A stretch of DNA of 63,458 nucleotides, the filler included, from Nemertoderma westbladi (taxonomy: Eukaryota > Animalia > Xenacoelomorpha), in the NCBI GenBank assembly GCA_032718475.1. It is 4 parts of 4 records of this genome, joined end to end, with 100 filler letters (N's around TTAATTAATTAA, not from the genome) between each part and the next. Parts side by side here need not be neighbours in the genome. Positions count along the whole stretch, not along the records: positions 23,358 to 48,873 come from JAUCBJ010002404.1; 3 more parts are not named here. One strand, written 5' to 3'. The position numbers and the translations under genes are program-made. Under the pieces are notes generated by a model, which was not told where the DNA came from, searched no databases, and saw nothing but the letters and a program-made list of their open reading frames with translations. Positions 26,201-38,955 of this stretch are shown piece by piece. Numbering within the stretch: the stretch's first letter is position 1; every line of letters starts with the position of its first letter.

Positions 26201-27097
26201 GAAATTTCGACTGCCTTTTGTCAGATATTTATGGCATAATAGGTCAACGAATAATATGGCCACAAGATTTCAATATAAATTGTTATCACCTTAGGCCTAC
26301 CGTATCATTCATTCATCATACTTATCAGGCCTTTATTGTCGCAGAAGATACAGTATGTCCTCATTGGCTAATTTTAACTGTAATTGCCTGTTCAATGCTA
26401 TTCAGCTGTTACAAACTTCCTATTAAGTGTACCACCTCGAGATTGCCATTATTACAATACCTATAGCACTAGGTACTCACCTCTATTTGTTTATTAATAA
26501 TTTGTTTCGTAACATTTTAAATTTCTTGCCTTGCAACTTTTGTTATTTTCACATAAAAAAGGTAAGTTAATTTTTTACTATAATAATAATAATAATCCTG
26601 TAGTTTTGTTATAACGTTATAAATGTAAACTTGATTTGGTACCCAGTATATTTCCATCATGGACATTGGTTTGTTCACAAACAAATTTTTGACTTACATT
26701 AATTTTAGTTATAATTTCAACCGCGTCATCAAGATTTAACATTACATAGGCACATGTAGGCCTACAATACCTACTGTACATTTTTGTATTATTATTTGCG
26801 GGGTAAAATATAGTCCAAATGATTTAATGATCTCAAATTAGTAGAAGTAATCAATATACAGTAATTGCTGTCTAGGCATATGTGGTGATGAGCGTGTATG
26901 TATTGCATAACCTTTTACAATTCTGGCTCTATACAGTAGGTCAATAGTGTTACTGTAAGTGTGGTCTATATCTTTTTGGGTGGTTCCAGGGCTGTTACTG
27001 TACATATGTACATATTTCTTTAATTAAAATAAATTATAAAACTTATTAATTATTTATTTATTTATTTAGGCACTTGTACTCACCTCCACAATTGACC

Positions 27098-28629
27098 ATG
27101 AAGTTATTACTTGTCGCCATTGTTGTAGCTCTTGCTTTTGGATTCGCTTCTGCCGACTCTACTCCCTTGGCAGGTAGGTTTCGGTTTGGGTACCGGTAGT
27201 CTAAAGCCTTAATGAATGATCACTAAGTGAAACCTACCAGATTCCTTTGGGGTTGTAGTTTTTGGTTGGTGTTGGACCTTACTGCACTGTAGTTAAATCG
27301 TCTTTATTATAAGTTTCTTTTTGTTTTGTAAAGATTTAAATTTCATTAAATAGGTCTACTTGTACAGTATATAAAGCCACAAAAGGGTAATGGTAGGCCT
27401 ATTGCTGGCAATACAACCTAATACTGTTTACTATGTTACCTTTATTGCAGTGCCTTTCTACCGTTACTGGGGCAACAACGACCATTTTTATACGACAAAC
27501 GTTCAGGAGATCGGCACCACGACCCCCGGACAAACTGGTAACCATGGCTACACGTCGGAGGGATACCAGGGAAGAATCTACGTGGAGCATCAGGAGTACA
27601 CAGTTCCTTTGTACAGATACTATAAGGTAGGTGGAGAAAGGGTCGTACTCCCAAGGTTGGACATTGTTATTATACATCACTCTTTCTTTAACCGCCCCCC
27701 CCCCCCCCCCCCCGGCTGCACTGACTGATTTGTTTTATGGGTGGAAATGTCTAACGCCATTTTTCTATTATGGTTCAGAATTGCACTAGCATTGCTATTA
27801 AAGTGGAGTGTTGGTTGTGGTGCCGGTTATTTCTTTACAATTACTGTACAATCTAAAATATTTAATTTATTGTTAGATTTTCATTGTGGTAGGACAGTAT
27901 AGAATCCTATACTGTACTGTATGAATGATAAATCTATATATTAAATATAATCTAAAATACAACAGAACCAACTACACGTAGCGTAGCATTCACAGCGGGG
28001 CAGTCACAGCGGATATTCCTATTTATTTATTTACTAAAAGTCCTGATAGGGGGGTGGGGTGGACATTCGACGCAATCATAAAATTTCCAGGGGAAACAAC
28101 AGCAAATAACAGCTGAATACTCTCAAAAAATATAACTAACCTGTTTGACTTTCGTTTATTGTTTTGGTTAAGTGATGTGCCACTGTAACATGCTCCTTTC
28201 CTTAAATTGAAAATCTAACATTGAGACGAGATTGGATTTACGCCCACCCTTCCAAATTAAAAAGGATCAGCCTAGAGGCTAACCACAAAACATTACGGGA
28301 AACTTGTTTTAATTGATTTATTATATTTTGCATCGTTTTTTCCTCAGGGATCCGGTACAGACCACTTCTACACTACCAACGCCGCCGAAATCGGAACCAC
28401 TACCGCGGGTAGCACTGGTAACCACGGCTACGTGAGTGAAGGCATCGCCGGTTACTGCGACGAGTTCCATGTCGAGGGTACGATCCCGCTGTACCGCTAC
28501 TGGAAGGCCTCGATCACGGATCACTTCTACACGACGGATTCGGCCGAGATCGGTACCACATCCCCGGGTACCACCGGTAAACATGGATACGTGTCTGAAG
28601 GGATTGCCTGTTTCATCCTCACCAAATAG
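27098..28629 (+). CDS. Secreted 177-aa protein with three DUF5648-like repeats (3 coding exons)
   Basis: Exons 27098-27173, 27451-27626 and 28348-28629 with GT-AG introns and compatible phases (1, 0); signal peptide MKLLLVAIVVALAFGFASA; three copies of P(L/F)YRY(W/Y)...DHFYTT...EIGTT..G.TG.HGY.SEG; stop TAG. Confidence 0.9.
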
Positions 28630-28656
28630 ATGTTAAGAACTCAAAATGTAATGATT

Positions 28657-28662
28657 AATAAA
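28657..28662 (+). promoter_or_regulatory. Probable polyadenylation signal
   Basis: AATAAA 27 nt after the stop codon of the repeat-protein gene. Confidence 0.6.
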
Positions 28663-28870
28663 CTAATCGCTATAGAAATTATTTAATTAATTCCACTAAT
28701 TACTGTGCTAAATGTTTGTTATCTGATCTTCGTTATAAATTATAATATTTTGTTATCATTAAGTGTTACTAACATCCGATCTGAACCAAACTTGGTACAC
28801 ACGTCATGTAGTCTATCAAAAGTTAGACCCACACACACACAGACCTCCAATAGTTTATCAGTACGAATCC

Positions 28871-29362
28871 ACTACTACTAGGATCGGCATGCTGCATTGC
28901 AGCTGCATTTATAAGAATGCTGGGGGCTGGCTTGTCAAGAAAATTGCGCAGCCACAACTTATCACCCATGACATTTGCTAGATCATCCGCATCTTCAAGG
29001 CCAGTGTCCTTTAAGATGCGTCTCAAGAAGAAAGTCATGGGCTGTCCACCATGCTTATTCACTCCATGAGGCTGCCAAAGTACAAGATTATGCACTGGCT
29101 GTTCCTCACGGCGAAAGCAATGTCCTGCAAAGCGGTGGCGATTTTGTTCTAGTGTCAAGCTTGGGGGAACCAATGAGACACATCCAATATTATAGTGTCT
29201 GGTTGGAGATGTGTGCGTGCATTGTACTTGACACAATGAACCCGGCGTAGCATTCTTATGAATGTGCCATCAAGAAGATTTGGTGTCCTCATCAGTTAGA
29301 GCCCAGCATGAACACCCATAGAGGCTTGAACTACTGCTGCTCTAAATAATCGGACCTTAAGT
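28871..29362 (-). mobile_element. RTE LINE 3' fragment, degraded copy of the same family
   Basis: Reverse complement matches about 62805-63293 with indels; (TAG)n tail. Confidence 0.9.
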
Positions 29363-31004
29363 GAACCAAAACTGGAAAACAATATACAGTATGGCAGGAT
29401 AGTGCAATAATTAGTCAACACATGTTGTGAATTACAATTAACATACAGTAAAATAAGGATGCGAATTTTCATTCGTTGTAAACGGCAACAATTTACTTTT
29501 GATCCCAGAAAACGTTTATTGACAATAAAACAAAAAGGTAATAAAACGTTGTTGCGCGGGTGTAGCCTACAAGTATTTTACACATTTTTGTGTGGTATTG
29601 TTAAATAATTTACAATAGTTTTTGAGTTATTTAAAAAAATCAAGTCTCCCCTAAAGTCAAGTCTCCCTCACTCACCCTACTGTTCAGTATATACTGATTA
29701 GACAGGCAGACTGCACTGTATATACTATACGTCTTGAGCAATAAGTTACTGTGTGTGAGGGGTTCCAGCAACAAGTTTCAGAAACAAGTTGATCCGCGTG
29801 AGGGGGGCCTATCGCTATATAACGTGCTATTTTATGAACAATGAGTTATATACAGTAGGTATTATTCGCTTTCATTTGCGCTCTAGAATATATAATATAT
29901 TAAGCGAATGCCAATTAGTCACTACAGTATAGCCACATATATTTTTTAAGCACTCTGCTATATTCTTAGCGCATCAAGGGACATCTTTTTAGGCACCAGT
30001 ACCAGTTTACTGCACCTGACCAGGAGATATATCACTCTCTCCATACTGGTATTGTAGATACGGTAAAATGTCAGATTACAACGGTAGTTACTGTAGTTAG
30101 TTTTATTGTAATATACAGTATATCCTGGAGAGCTCCATCCACGGTACTATGAGTACGCATTTGACTCGGATGAATTTGAGGATGTTCGTGAATCAGAGAT
30201 TCGTGAATCAAAGATGGGATAGTTCAGATTTCAACGTTAGCAGTTATGAGGGCCTAATCAACCTTAACCCAACCAACCAAAACACTGAACCAAAATATTC
30301 ATAAAACAGTGGAATTCGTCAAAAGTAAAAAGTGATATATCAGAAATGAAATCACCTACCAAGAAAACCCCCATTGCCAAATTTCAGGTTGATGGTATGA
30401 TTTCTTTGTATTTGACAAACAAACTGACTGAAAAACAGACAAGCAGATAGAGTAGATTTGGGAAAACGTAAGTATAAAGTAAAAAAAGAACAAAAATTTC
30501 AGGTTGATGGTATACTTTTTTTAGCTTTTGACACACAAACTGACAAACAGACGCCTACCCGCGTTAGATAGGCCTACATATATTAAACAAAGTAAATCAA
30601 TCATTAGGAAGAAAATTAAAAAACAATCTACAGTAATAGATGAGTTACAGTAAGATAAAATAAATATACAAAGAATACGATTTTATTCACTTTCATACAG
30701 TATCATAAAAATATAAATTAAATTAATTAAATAAACGAATAAAAAGTAAAATAAATATACAGTAGGCTTACTTTGTGGAATAGGAGCTGAGCTGAGCTGA
30801 GCTGTTGCTTGGATACTGTAGGCTAGTACAACCCTAGAAATATGACAAAAATTTATTGTAATTACACTGTAGTACTGTATGTAACTAGATTTCATTGAAA
30901 TGTTTAATGATATTGGTGATGTGATTCTGGACGCCACCTAGATCGCAAGCGAGTTGTAGTGATGGTCGCCAAAATGAGAGAAACGAAGTGAAATGGACTG
31001 GACA

Positions 31005-32037
31005 TAATACCCCCAATACCTCCCCGAGTACCACCCCCAATACCTACCCGAGTACCATACCCCCAATACCTCCCCGAGTACCACCCCCAATACCTACCCG
31101 AGAACCATACCCCCAATACCTCCCCGAGTACCACCCCCAATACCTACCCGAGAACCATACCCCCAATACCTCCCCGAGTACCATACCCCCAATACCTCCC
31201 CGAGTACCACCCCCAATACCTACCCGAGAACCATACCCCCAATACCTCCCCGAGTACCATACCCCCAATACCTCCCCGAGTACCATACCCCCAATACCTC
31301 CCCGAGTACCACCCCCAATACCTACCCGAGAACCATACCCCCAATACCTCCCCGAGTACCACCCCCCAATACCTCCCCGAGTACCATACCCCCAATACCT
31401 CCCCGAGTACCATACCCCCAATACCTCCCCGAGTACCACCCCCAATACCTACCCGAGAACCATACCCCCAATACCTCCCCGAGTACCATACCCCCAATAC
31501 CTCCCCGAGTACCATACCCCCAATACCTCCCCGAGTACCACCCCCAATACCTACCCGAGAACCATACCCCCAATACCTCCCCGAGTACCATACCCCCAAT
31601 ACCTCCCCGAGTACCATACCCCCAATACCTCTCCGAGTACCACCCCCCAATACCTCCCCGAGTACCATACCCCCAATACCTCTCCGAGTACCACCCCCCA
31701 ATACCTCCCCGAGTACCATACCCCCAATACCTCCTCGAGTACCATACCCCCAATAACTCCCCGAGTACCATACCCCCAATACCTCCCCGAGTACCATACC
31801 CCCAATACCCCCCCGAGTACCATACCCCCAATACCTCCCCGAGTACCATACCCCCAATACCTCCCCGAGTACCATACCCCCAATACCTCCCCGAGTACCA
31901 TACCCCCAATACCCCCCCGAGTACCATACCCCCAATACCTCCCCGAGTACCATACCCCCAATACCTCCCCGAGTACCATACCCCCAATACCCCCCCCCCC
32001 CCCCACCGAGTACCATACCCCCAATACCTCCCCGAGT
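31005..32037. repeat. 25-26-bp minisatellite, about 40 copies
   Basis: Unit CCATACCCCCAATACCTCCCCGAGTA and variants. Confidence 0.95.
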
Positions 32038-32072
32038 AACTTCAGTACAGCTACAACACCTCACCTTACTAC

Positions 32073-33408
32073 TAGGGCGGTGCGTTTTTTACTTTTTTTT
32101 CGATTTCATTGTTCTACAGGTGCACAAAAGTTGCCAAATTGTAAAAAAATAAGGCAAAAAATATTTCTTTAAATTTCGTCTATATCTTCACGGATTCCAA
32201 GTGGGTTGAAAGTTTGAGCCATCGCGATGCGCCATAATTAAATATATAGCAATATAACACATTAATGAAAGATCAATGACTCAAGAAAGAACTTCCTGCA
32301 TGCATCAAATGTCATCAAATGGGTCCAAACTTTGTTAGATACCAAAATTTTAATTTTTTGATCAAGGGAACTAGTGTCACAGGCACATGGACAGAACCTA
32401 CCCTTTGGCGCAAGTGGTGATAATTCTCAATTTTCGGGATAGCCAACTTTGAGTTCTCCTACTGCATTAATATTATGCTCATTAGAACCACAATGTCTGA
32501 TTTAGTGGGGGTAGACAACTTCAAAACAAGAGCGAATAGTTCTTGAAATATTGCAGAAAATGTGAAGTCTGGCACAAGTCTACATTACCGCCTTGATGCG
32601 ATATGGACAAATCCTCAAAAAAAATTGTATTTTGAATTATCTCAAGGAATGAAGAATAGACACATCGCTGCAACAAATTGGTTTAGTGTATACAGACACC
32701 TTCAAAATTAAAGAGTAGTGATTAATTCACTATAGTTTTTGTAAAAATGTGTGGAATGTGTCAACTCAATATCAAGTATTAATTGGTGGATATAGTCTTG
32801 ACATTTTGTAAAATAACTCAAGAACCAATGACTCTACTCTTATTTTAAAGGTGTCTAACTACACCCAATACATCGATCATTTCTGTGATGTGTCTATTCT
32901 TGATTCCTTGAGATAATTAAAATAAAATTTTTTGAGGATTTGTCCATATCGCATCAAGGCGGTAATGTAGACATGTGACGGACTTCACATTGTCTGCAAT
33001 ATCTCAAGAACTATTCGCTCTACGTTTGTTTTGAAGTTGTCTACCCCCACTAAAGCGGACATTGCGGTTCTAATGAGCATAATATTAATGCAGTAGGAGA
33101 ACTCAAAGTTGGCTATCGCGAAAATTGAGAATTATCACTAACTATCTAACTAAGTTTGGACCCATTTGATGAGATTTGATGCATGTAGGAAGTTCTTTCT
33201 TGATTCATTGATCTTTCATTGATGTGTTATATTGCTATAAATTTAATTATGGCGCATCGCGATGGCTCAAAATTTCAACGCTCTTGGGATCCGTGAAGAT
33301 ATAGACGAAATTTGAAGAATTTTTTTTGCCTTATTTTTTTACCATTTGGCAACTTTTGCGCACCGGTAGAACAAGGAAATCGAAAAAAGTAGATAACGCA
33401 CCACCCTA
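32073..33408. mobile_element. Foldback (near-palindromic) hAT-like non-autonomous element
   Basis: TAGGG(C/T)GGTGCGTT termini; TSD CTTACTAC/CTGACTAC (7 of 8 match); inverted arms of about 550-600 bp (32073-32690 versus 32870-33408). Confidence 0.85.
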
Positions 33409-34068
33409 CTGACTACTGCTACTGTACTGTAGGCCTACTACCAAGTTTCCAGCTGCGAGCTACCAAGCGCATTTCTTTGTCTTAGAGCAGTCTCTAGCAG
33501 ACCTTGGGGCACATGTGAAGTGTGCCAGACTTTCTACTGTAATACTGTATTTATATTTTGAGTTTACCCCCATGTGAAGAGTAGCAGCTTTTCTCTAAGA
33601 ACACAGGTTAGGGTTGAAGCTAATCAAAACAATAAACAATAGTAGTTTTGAAAATTTATTAGTTTATTGAAAATTAACAATGATAATTCACCAAAGTGTG
33701 TTTTGTGTCAATTATAATATATCCCCCCCCCCCCCTCCCCTCAAAAAATAAATATATTAAAGTTCCCTCCATTGCACTGCTACAATTTTATGGTAGCTTT
33801 AGCTTGTGGTTTTTGCCAAAATAGACATACTCAAAATAAAAATCGGCATACTGTATGCCAGTTAATCTCTGTTATAACCTTGTCAATATCATCAGCAAGC
33901 GGAAGTTGATTTTCTGAAATAAAAAAAGGGAAAAAATGTGTGAAAATGGACAAAAAAAAAGGAAAAAAGAAAACGTTCTAAAAAAGGAAAAAAAAGGAAA
34001 AAAAAAAGGAAAAAAAAAAGGAAAGAAGGAAACTCTGGGAGGTCTGCTATGTACAGTGTACAGATGTA

Positions 34069-34362
34069 TTGCACAAAAGTCTATTCGAGGAGCATCGTCT
34101 CGCCTTAACGCGATTCAGAGTTTCGGCTCACCGCTTGCGCGTCGAAACAGGGAGGTGGAGTAGAATTGATCGGAAACAACGAACCTGTTGTTGTGGTTCA
34201 GGCGACGTGCAAGATGAGAAACATGTTTTGTTCCATTGTATATTAACAGAACATCTACATATTGACGGCGAACATAGCGATTTGCATGGAATCATGGAAC
34301 TCGATTCGGATTATCGAACTCTAGCAAAAAGGGTCTACGATACACTAACGGTGTACAATTGA
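34069..34362 (+). pseudogene. LINE ORF2 C-terminal zinc-finger fragment (RTE-X/L2-like)
   Basis: RLALTRFRVSAHRLRVETGRW...RTCCCG...VQDEKHVLFHC. Confidence 0.82.
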
Positions 34363-34854
34363 TTACTACGTCTTCTATTAATTTTAGTAATACAATTATT
34401 CTAACAAATGTTTCTTCATGTAAAATAAAATAAATTTATTTTCTTACTTGTAGTGAATTTGAATTTGTAATTATTATTTTGCTTAGTCCGATATTTTCAC
34501 ATTCTTTTAAGGACTTATGATTACGTCGGGAAATTTATTTGTGCTATAATTTTAAGTCTATAATTATATAATATAATATATGCTATGCTGTATAGTAAGG
34601 TCCATCTTCATTTATCATTACAAATAATGAGCAAAGAATTTATTAATAGTTGAATCCGTAAATGTAAAATTAGTTAAGATTATTACCATATGCATGCATA
34701 TGCCAGGTATGCGTATCCTTTCACCTTTCATATCTTTAGCACAAAGTCAGCGCTTGCACCCGCGCTTGCACCTACGCCTGACCACAAAATGTTCTGCTCC
34801 TGATATATCCATGAGATTGTAGATACTTTGAAATCACTGGACAGCTGGACGGTC

Positions 34855-36860
34855 AGGGCCCTAAACCGATTAGGTTCTCTGTTCGCAGAACACCGAACAC
34901 TATTCCGGCCACGGAACTAGTCCAGCAGAATGCCTTTATAGAATCCTGGAATTTGTGGGACGAGAGGATCTCAGCAACTAAGCGAAAACGAACAATAGGA
35001 TGTTCCTAGACCCCCCCCCCCCCAAAAAATTTATCCAGAAGACTTTTCGCCATACATTATGTGTTAAAAAAGTCTACGGTTCTCCGTCTAGGACCAATTT
35101 GAGTCAAAAAGTCCGCTTCCCTAGCAACCGCGTTGCTATGCGCATATCTCCAGAACCGCTAATGCTACGGACTTGGGACCGGCGCCAATCGATAGGCAGC
35201 ATATGGGTTTACATTCAGGTAACTTTTTTTGGAGCGATTAGATCATGATCTTGACCATGATCAGCAAAGATCAGTTTTGATCAGCAATCGGACACTCAAG
35301 GCTTGCTCCAATCGCAAAACTTAACATTACAAAAAGAATCAGCGACCACACATTAGTCATGATTCCCGTTAAAAGATTAAAAAAAAAGTGAATTCTTCCC
35401 GGTCAAAACGCAAGATCATGATCGCGCCAAGATCGGACTTCGTAAAATCGTAACTAAGCATTTTGGATATAAACAATTACTGTAGGAAACGTTCAGAACA
35501 CCGCCCTGAGTCGATTAAAAAAAAATTGGCTCGATCGGACAAACGGTTCTCGAGATCTGATACCTGATCATTAAAGATCATATTTTTCGGTTTTTTCCAG
35601 TTTTCTCGAAAACTTTGTTTGAGACCCCCGATTTTTTTTTTACGAATCGACTTCTATGATGAAGGGGCAACTTTTGAGCATTTCGAAATTTTCAAAAAGC
35701 GATTTGATCAGGCCGCGATCAGAAAAGATCGTGTTTTTGGTTTTATTTCGAAGACCAAGTCCTGGGAGTTCACCGTATGGAAAAACTTAACATCACAAAA
35801 AGATTCCTCATCCTCGAATTATGGGGGGTAGCCAAAATTTGGGCATAAAAAAGTTCAAGTCTAGTGGGTCAAAACTCAAGATCATGATCGCGAAAAGATC
35901 AGTATATTTAAAATCGAATCTAAGCATTTTTCTAATAAACATTCATTGTAAGAAATGTTCAATGGTCTATTCTGAGTTGATTAAAAAAAAATTGGCTCGA
36001 TCGGACAACCGGTTCTCGAGATCTGATACCTGATCATAAAAGATCGTGTTTTTCGGTTTTTCCCGATTTTCTCGAAAACTTTGTTTGAGACCCCCGATTT
36101 TTTTTTTACTAATCGACTTCTATTAAGAAGGGGCAACTTTTAAGCATTTCGAAATTTTTAAAAAGCGATTTGATCAGGCCATGATCACGAAAGATCATGT
36201 TTTCGGTTTTATTTCGAAGACCAAGTCCTGTGAGTTCACCGTATGAAAAAACTTAACATTACAAAAAGATTCCTCACCCTCGAATTAGGGGGGGTAGCCA
36301 AAATTTGACCATAAAAAAGTTCAATTCTAGGGGGTCAAAAGATCATGATCGCGAAATGATCATTTTTTTCGAAATTACTTCTGAGCATTTTGGGGCAAAA
36401 CTTTCAAACTAAAAAACATTCACTGGAGTGTTCTAAGTAGATTAAAAAAATTTCGACTCAATAGGCCTACCGGTACCGGAGATATGGTCGTCCAAAGTCT
36501 GCTTCCGGTAATTCGAAAATATTTCGAAAAACGCTTGATCGAATTTTTTCCTTGAAAATATGTGAATGTACAGTTAGTGGACCCGCATTTAACGATATAT
36601 CACAATCCATATTTCGGATGACAGGTACCGGTGAAATCAGACTTTACCGAAAAAAATTCAAATTTTAGCTACTCATGTCTGACTATCTCGAAAACTATAA
36701 TAGGTATGGAAATACTTTCACTGCAAGAAATGTTCGCCTATCCAATGCGCTTCTAACTCTGTGCTCGGATTTTGCATAGTGTCAAAATCTACAACTTAAC
36801 CCCCCCAGCGGAGGGAACGGAGTGACCGGAGCGCCAGTACTATCTTTCATTATTATGAAG
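34855..36860. mobile_element. Probable Helitron/Helentron-like non-autonomous element with an internal ~468-bp duplication
   Basis: 35511-35890 is repeated at 35979-36350; GATC-rich; short hairpins near both ends; class assignment is inferred. Confidence 0.45.
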
Positions 36861-38105
36861 TAATAAGGGCGGTGGGTGGGGTAGGTGGTGAACACTATTT
36901 ATAGGGTGGAGGGAGGGTCTAGTATATTACTTTAGGATATTTGATTTCTTTGCAATATAGTTTAGCTGCCTCAGTCTTATTTGTAATATGTTATACATTA
37001 TACCAAATTATATCAAGTTTTAATATCTACATTGTCTACCTGTAGGAGAAATATACAATGTAGGGCTCATAATATATTTATAAATAGATTTAGTATATTT
37101 ACATTGTATAACAGAGTTAATTGATACTATTACGGTATTATAATAAAGACACCGCTTTGATATATCTGATCAAATGGCAATTTGTGGTAAATTATTTATT
37201 TCACTATCTTGGGTATATCATTCAATTTCTAAAACTATAATAATAATAGTTTAATAGTTTAATAGTTAAAAGGGTGATACGGAAAGTGTATATACTTTTA
37301 GCACCCATAATTCACAAATATATCACAATAATAAAGTACTGTTAAATTAGTTTGAGACAATATACCGGTATTTGTTTTACGTAGAGTAAGTAAGAAAAGA
37401 GGCAAGTAAAATATATTATACTGGCACATTTAAAGCATGCAATACAGTTAGTTACTATGGAAATACGTCTGTCCGGATTGATTATAAATAGGGCAATAGT
37501 ACACAGTATGCATGACACATGTAAATCGTAGTGTAGTGTAAAACACGGGCTGAATAAAATCATTTATAAAAAAAAGTTGCATCAACAGCTCAAAATAAAA
37601 TAAGGTAGAGTGACGCTAGACAGTGTAACGACTAACGAGTAAAAGGAAGCATTAAAATAATTAAGATTGGCAAACATATTACAAAAGATATTTATATATA
37701 TATATACACACTGTTAAATGAGTAAATAAATAAAATAGTCATAATCACTGTATGTATGTACATGTACAGTGATTATATTCACCTGCGGTACTGTTTGTAT
37801 AATAAAATAAATGCATTGACAATAGCATTGTCCAATTTGTAATGACACGTACACTTTCGATTTTTTAGAATAGCATGAACTTGAACCATGGTAAAAATTA
37901 GTTGTGTTTCACAAGTGACAAAATGATAAGTGATATAAAAAGATAGATAGCCTAAAAGGATTAAGAAACGATAAAAATAATTCTCTCCACTCAAAAATTG
38001 CTAATATTCACATAATTACATTTCATACAAATTAAATCTTAAATAAAATAAATGTTGATATTTGGATGGCGATGGTTAATTAAATTAATTAATTATTATA
38101 CGGTA

Positions 38106-38955
38106 CTACCACCAGGATGGGGAAAATTTCAATGGCAAATTCTTATAGTGTTCGTTTAGCCTTGACTTGAATGTGTTTAGAGTCGGCGATGAAACAACAG
38201 ATTCGGTAAGACTGTTCCAATCGTCGATTACTCGATAGCTAAAGGTGTCATTACATAATACCAAACGCGCCCGAGGTTTGAATAACTTCAGAGAGTGTCC
38301 GCGACGACTGGAAGGATCCAATGTGAAGTAAGTGCGGTAGTCTGCGTTATCGAGACCGGTCAGCAGTTTATAGACTTGGATCATATCGGCGCGGTGGCGC
38401 CGGTATTCCAACGTTGGCAGACCCAACTTACGAAGGCGTGAAGGATAATCGAGATCACGGAGACCTGAGACAAGCCGCGTCGCGCGGCGTTGTACTCCTT
38501 CGATTAGTTTCGATTCGCCAATTTTTTTTGGAGACCAAACCACAGATGAATATTCAAGAATGGGACGAACCATACTCTTATATAACCCAAGAAATATATC
38601 GCCATCTATATGATTAAAGCTGCGGTATATAAGACCAAGATGGCTGTTTGCTTTCTTAACAATGTTGGCGATGTGGATGCTGAAATGTAGATTATTCTGG
38701 AAGTAAACACCAAGATCTTTTTCTGTTGTAGTTTCCGCAAGGTGATGCTGGTTGGTAATATCTCCCAGGGTGTAAGCAAACTTTGGGTTTGTCCTTCCTA
38801 TGTGCATAATTTTGCATTTGTCATTATTAAATAGCTGCTGCCACACGACACTCCATCTGTAAAGGTTGTCAAGATCGTTTTGGAGGGGCCCGCATGTTAG
38901 ATATGGGGATGGGGTAAATATGGCACTGTCCTTAGTGTCGTCTGCGAAGAGGTGT
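38106..38955 (-). mobile_element. CR1-clade LINE, 5'-truncated (RT C-terminal half)
   Basis: LFADDTK, LQNDLDNL, KCKIMHIG, EKDLGV, LYKSMVRPILEY, VQRRATR, RGHSLKL, FSYRVIDDWNSL; uninterrupted frame. Confidence 0.93.

Noticed and set aside
30988-32172. Long Pro-rich and Gly/Trp-rich ORFs on both strands
   Set aside because: Translation of a 25-26-bp minisatellite that cycles through frames; no splice or domain support
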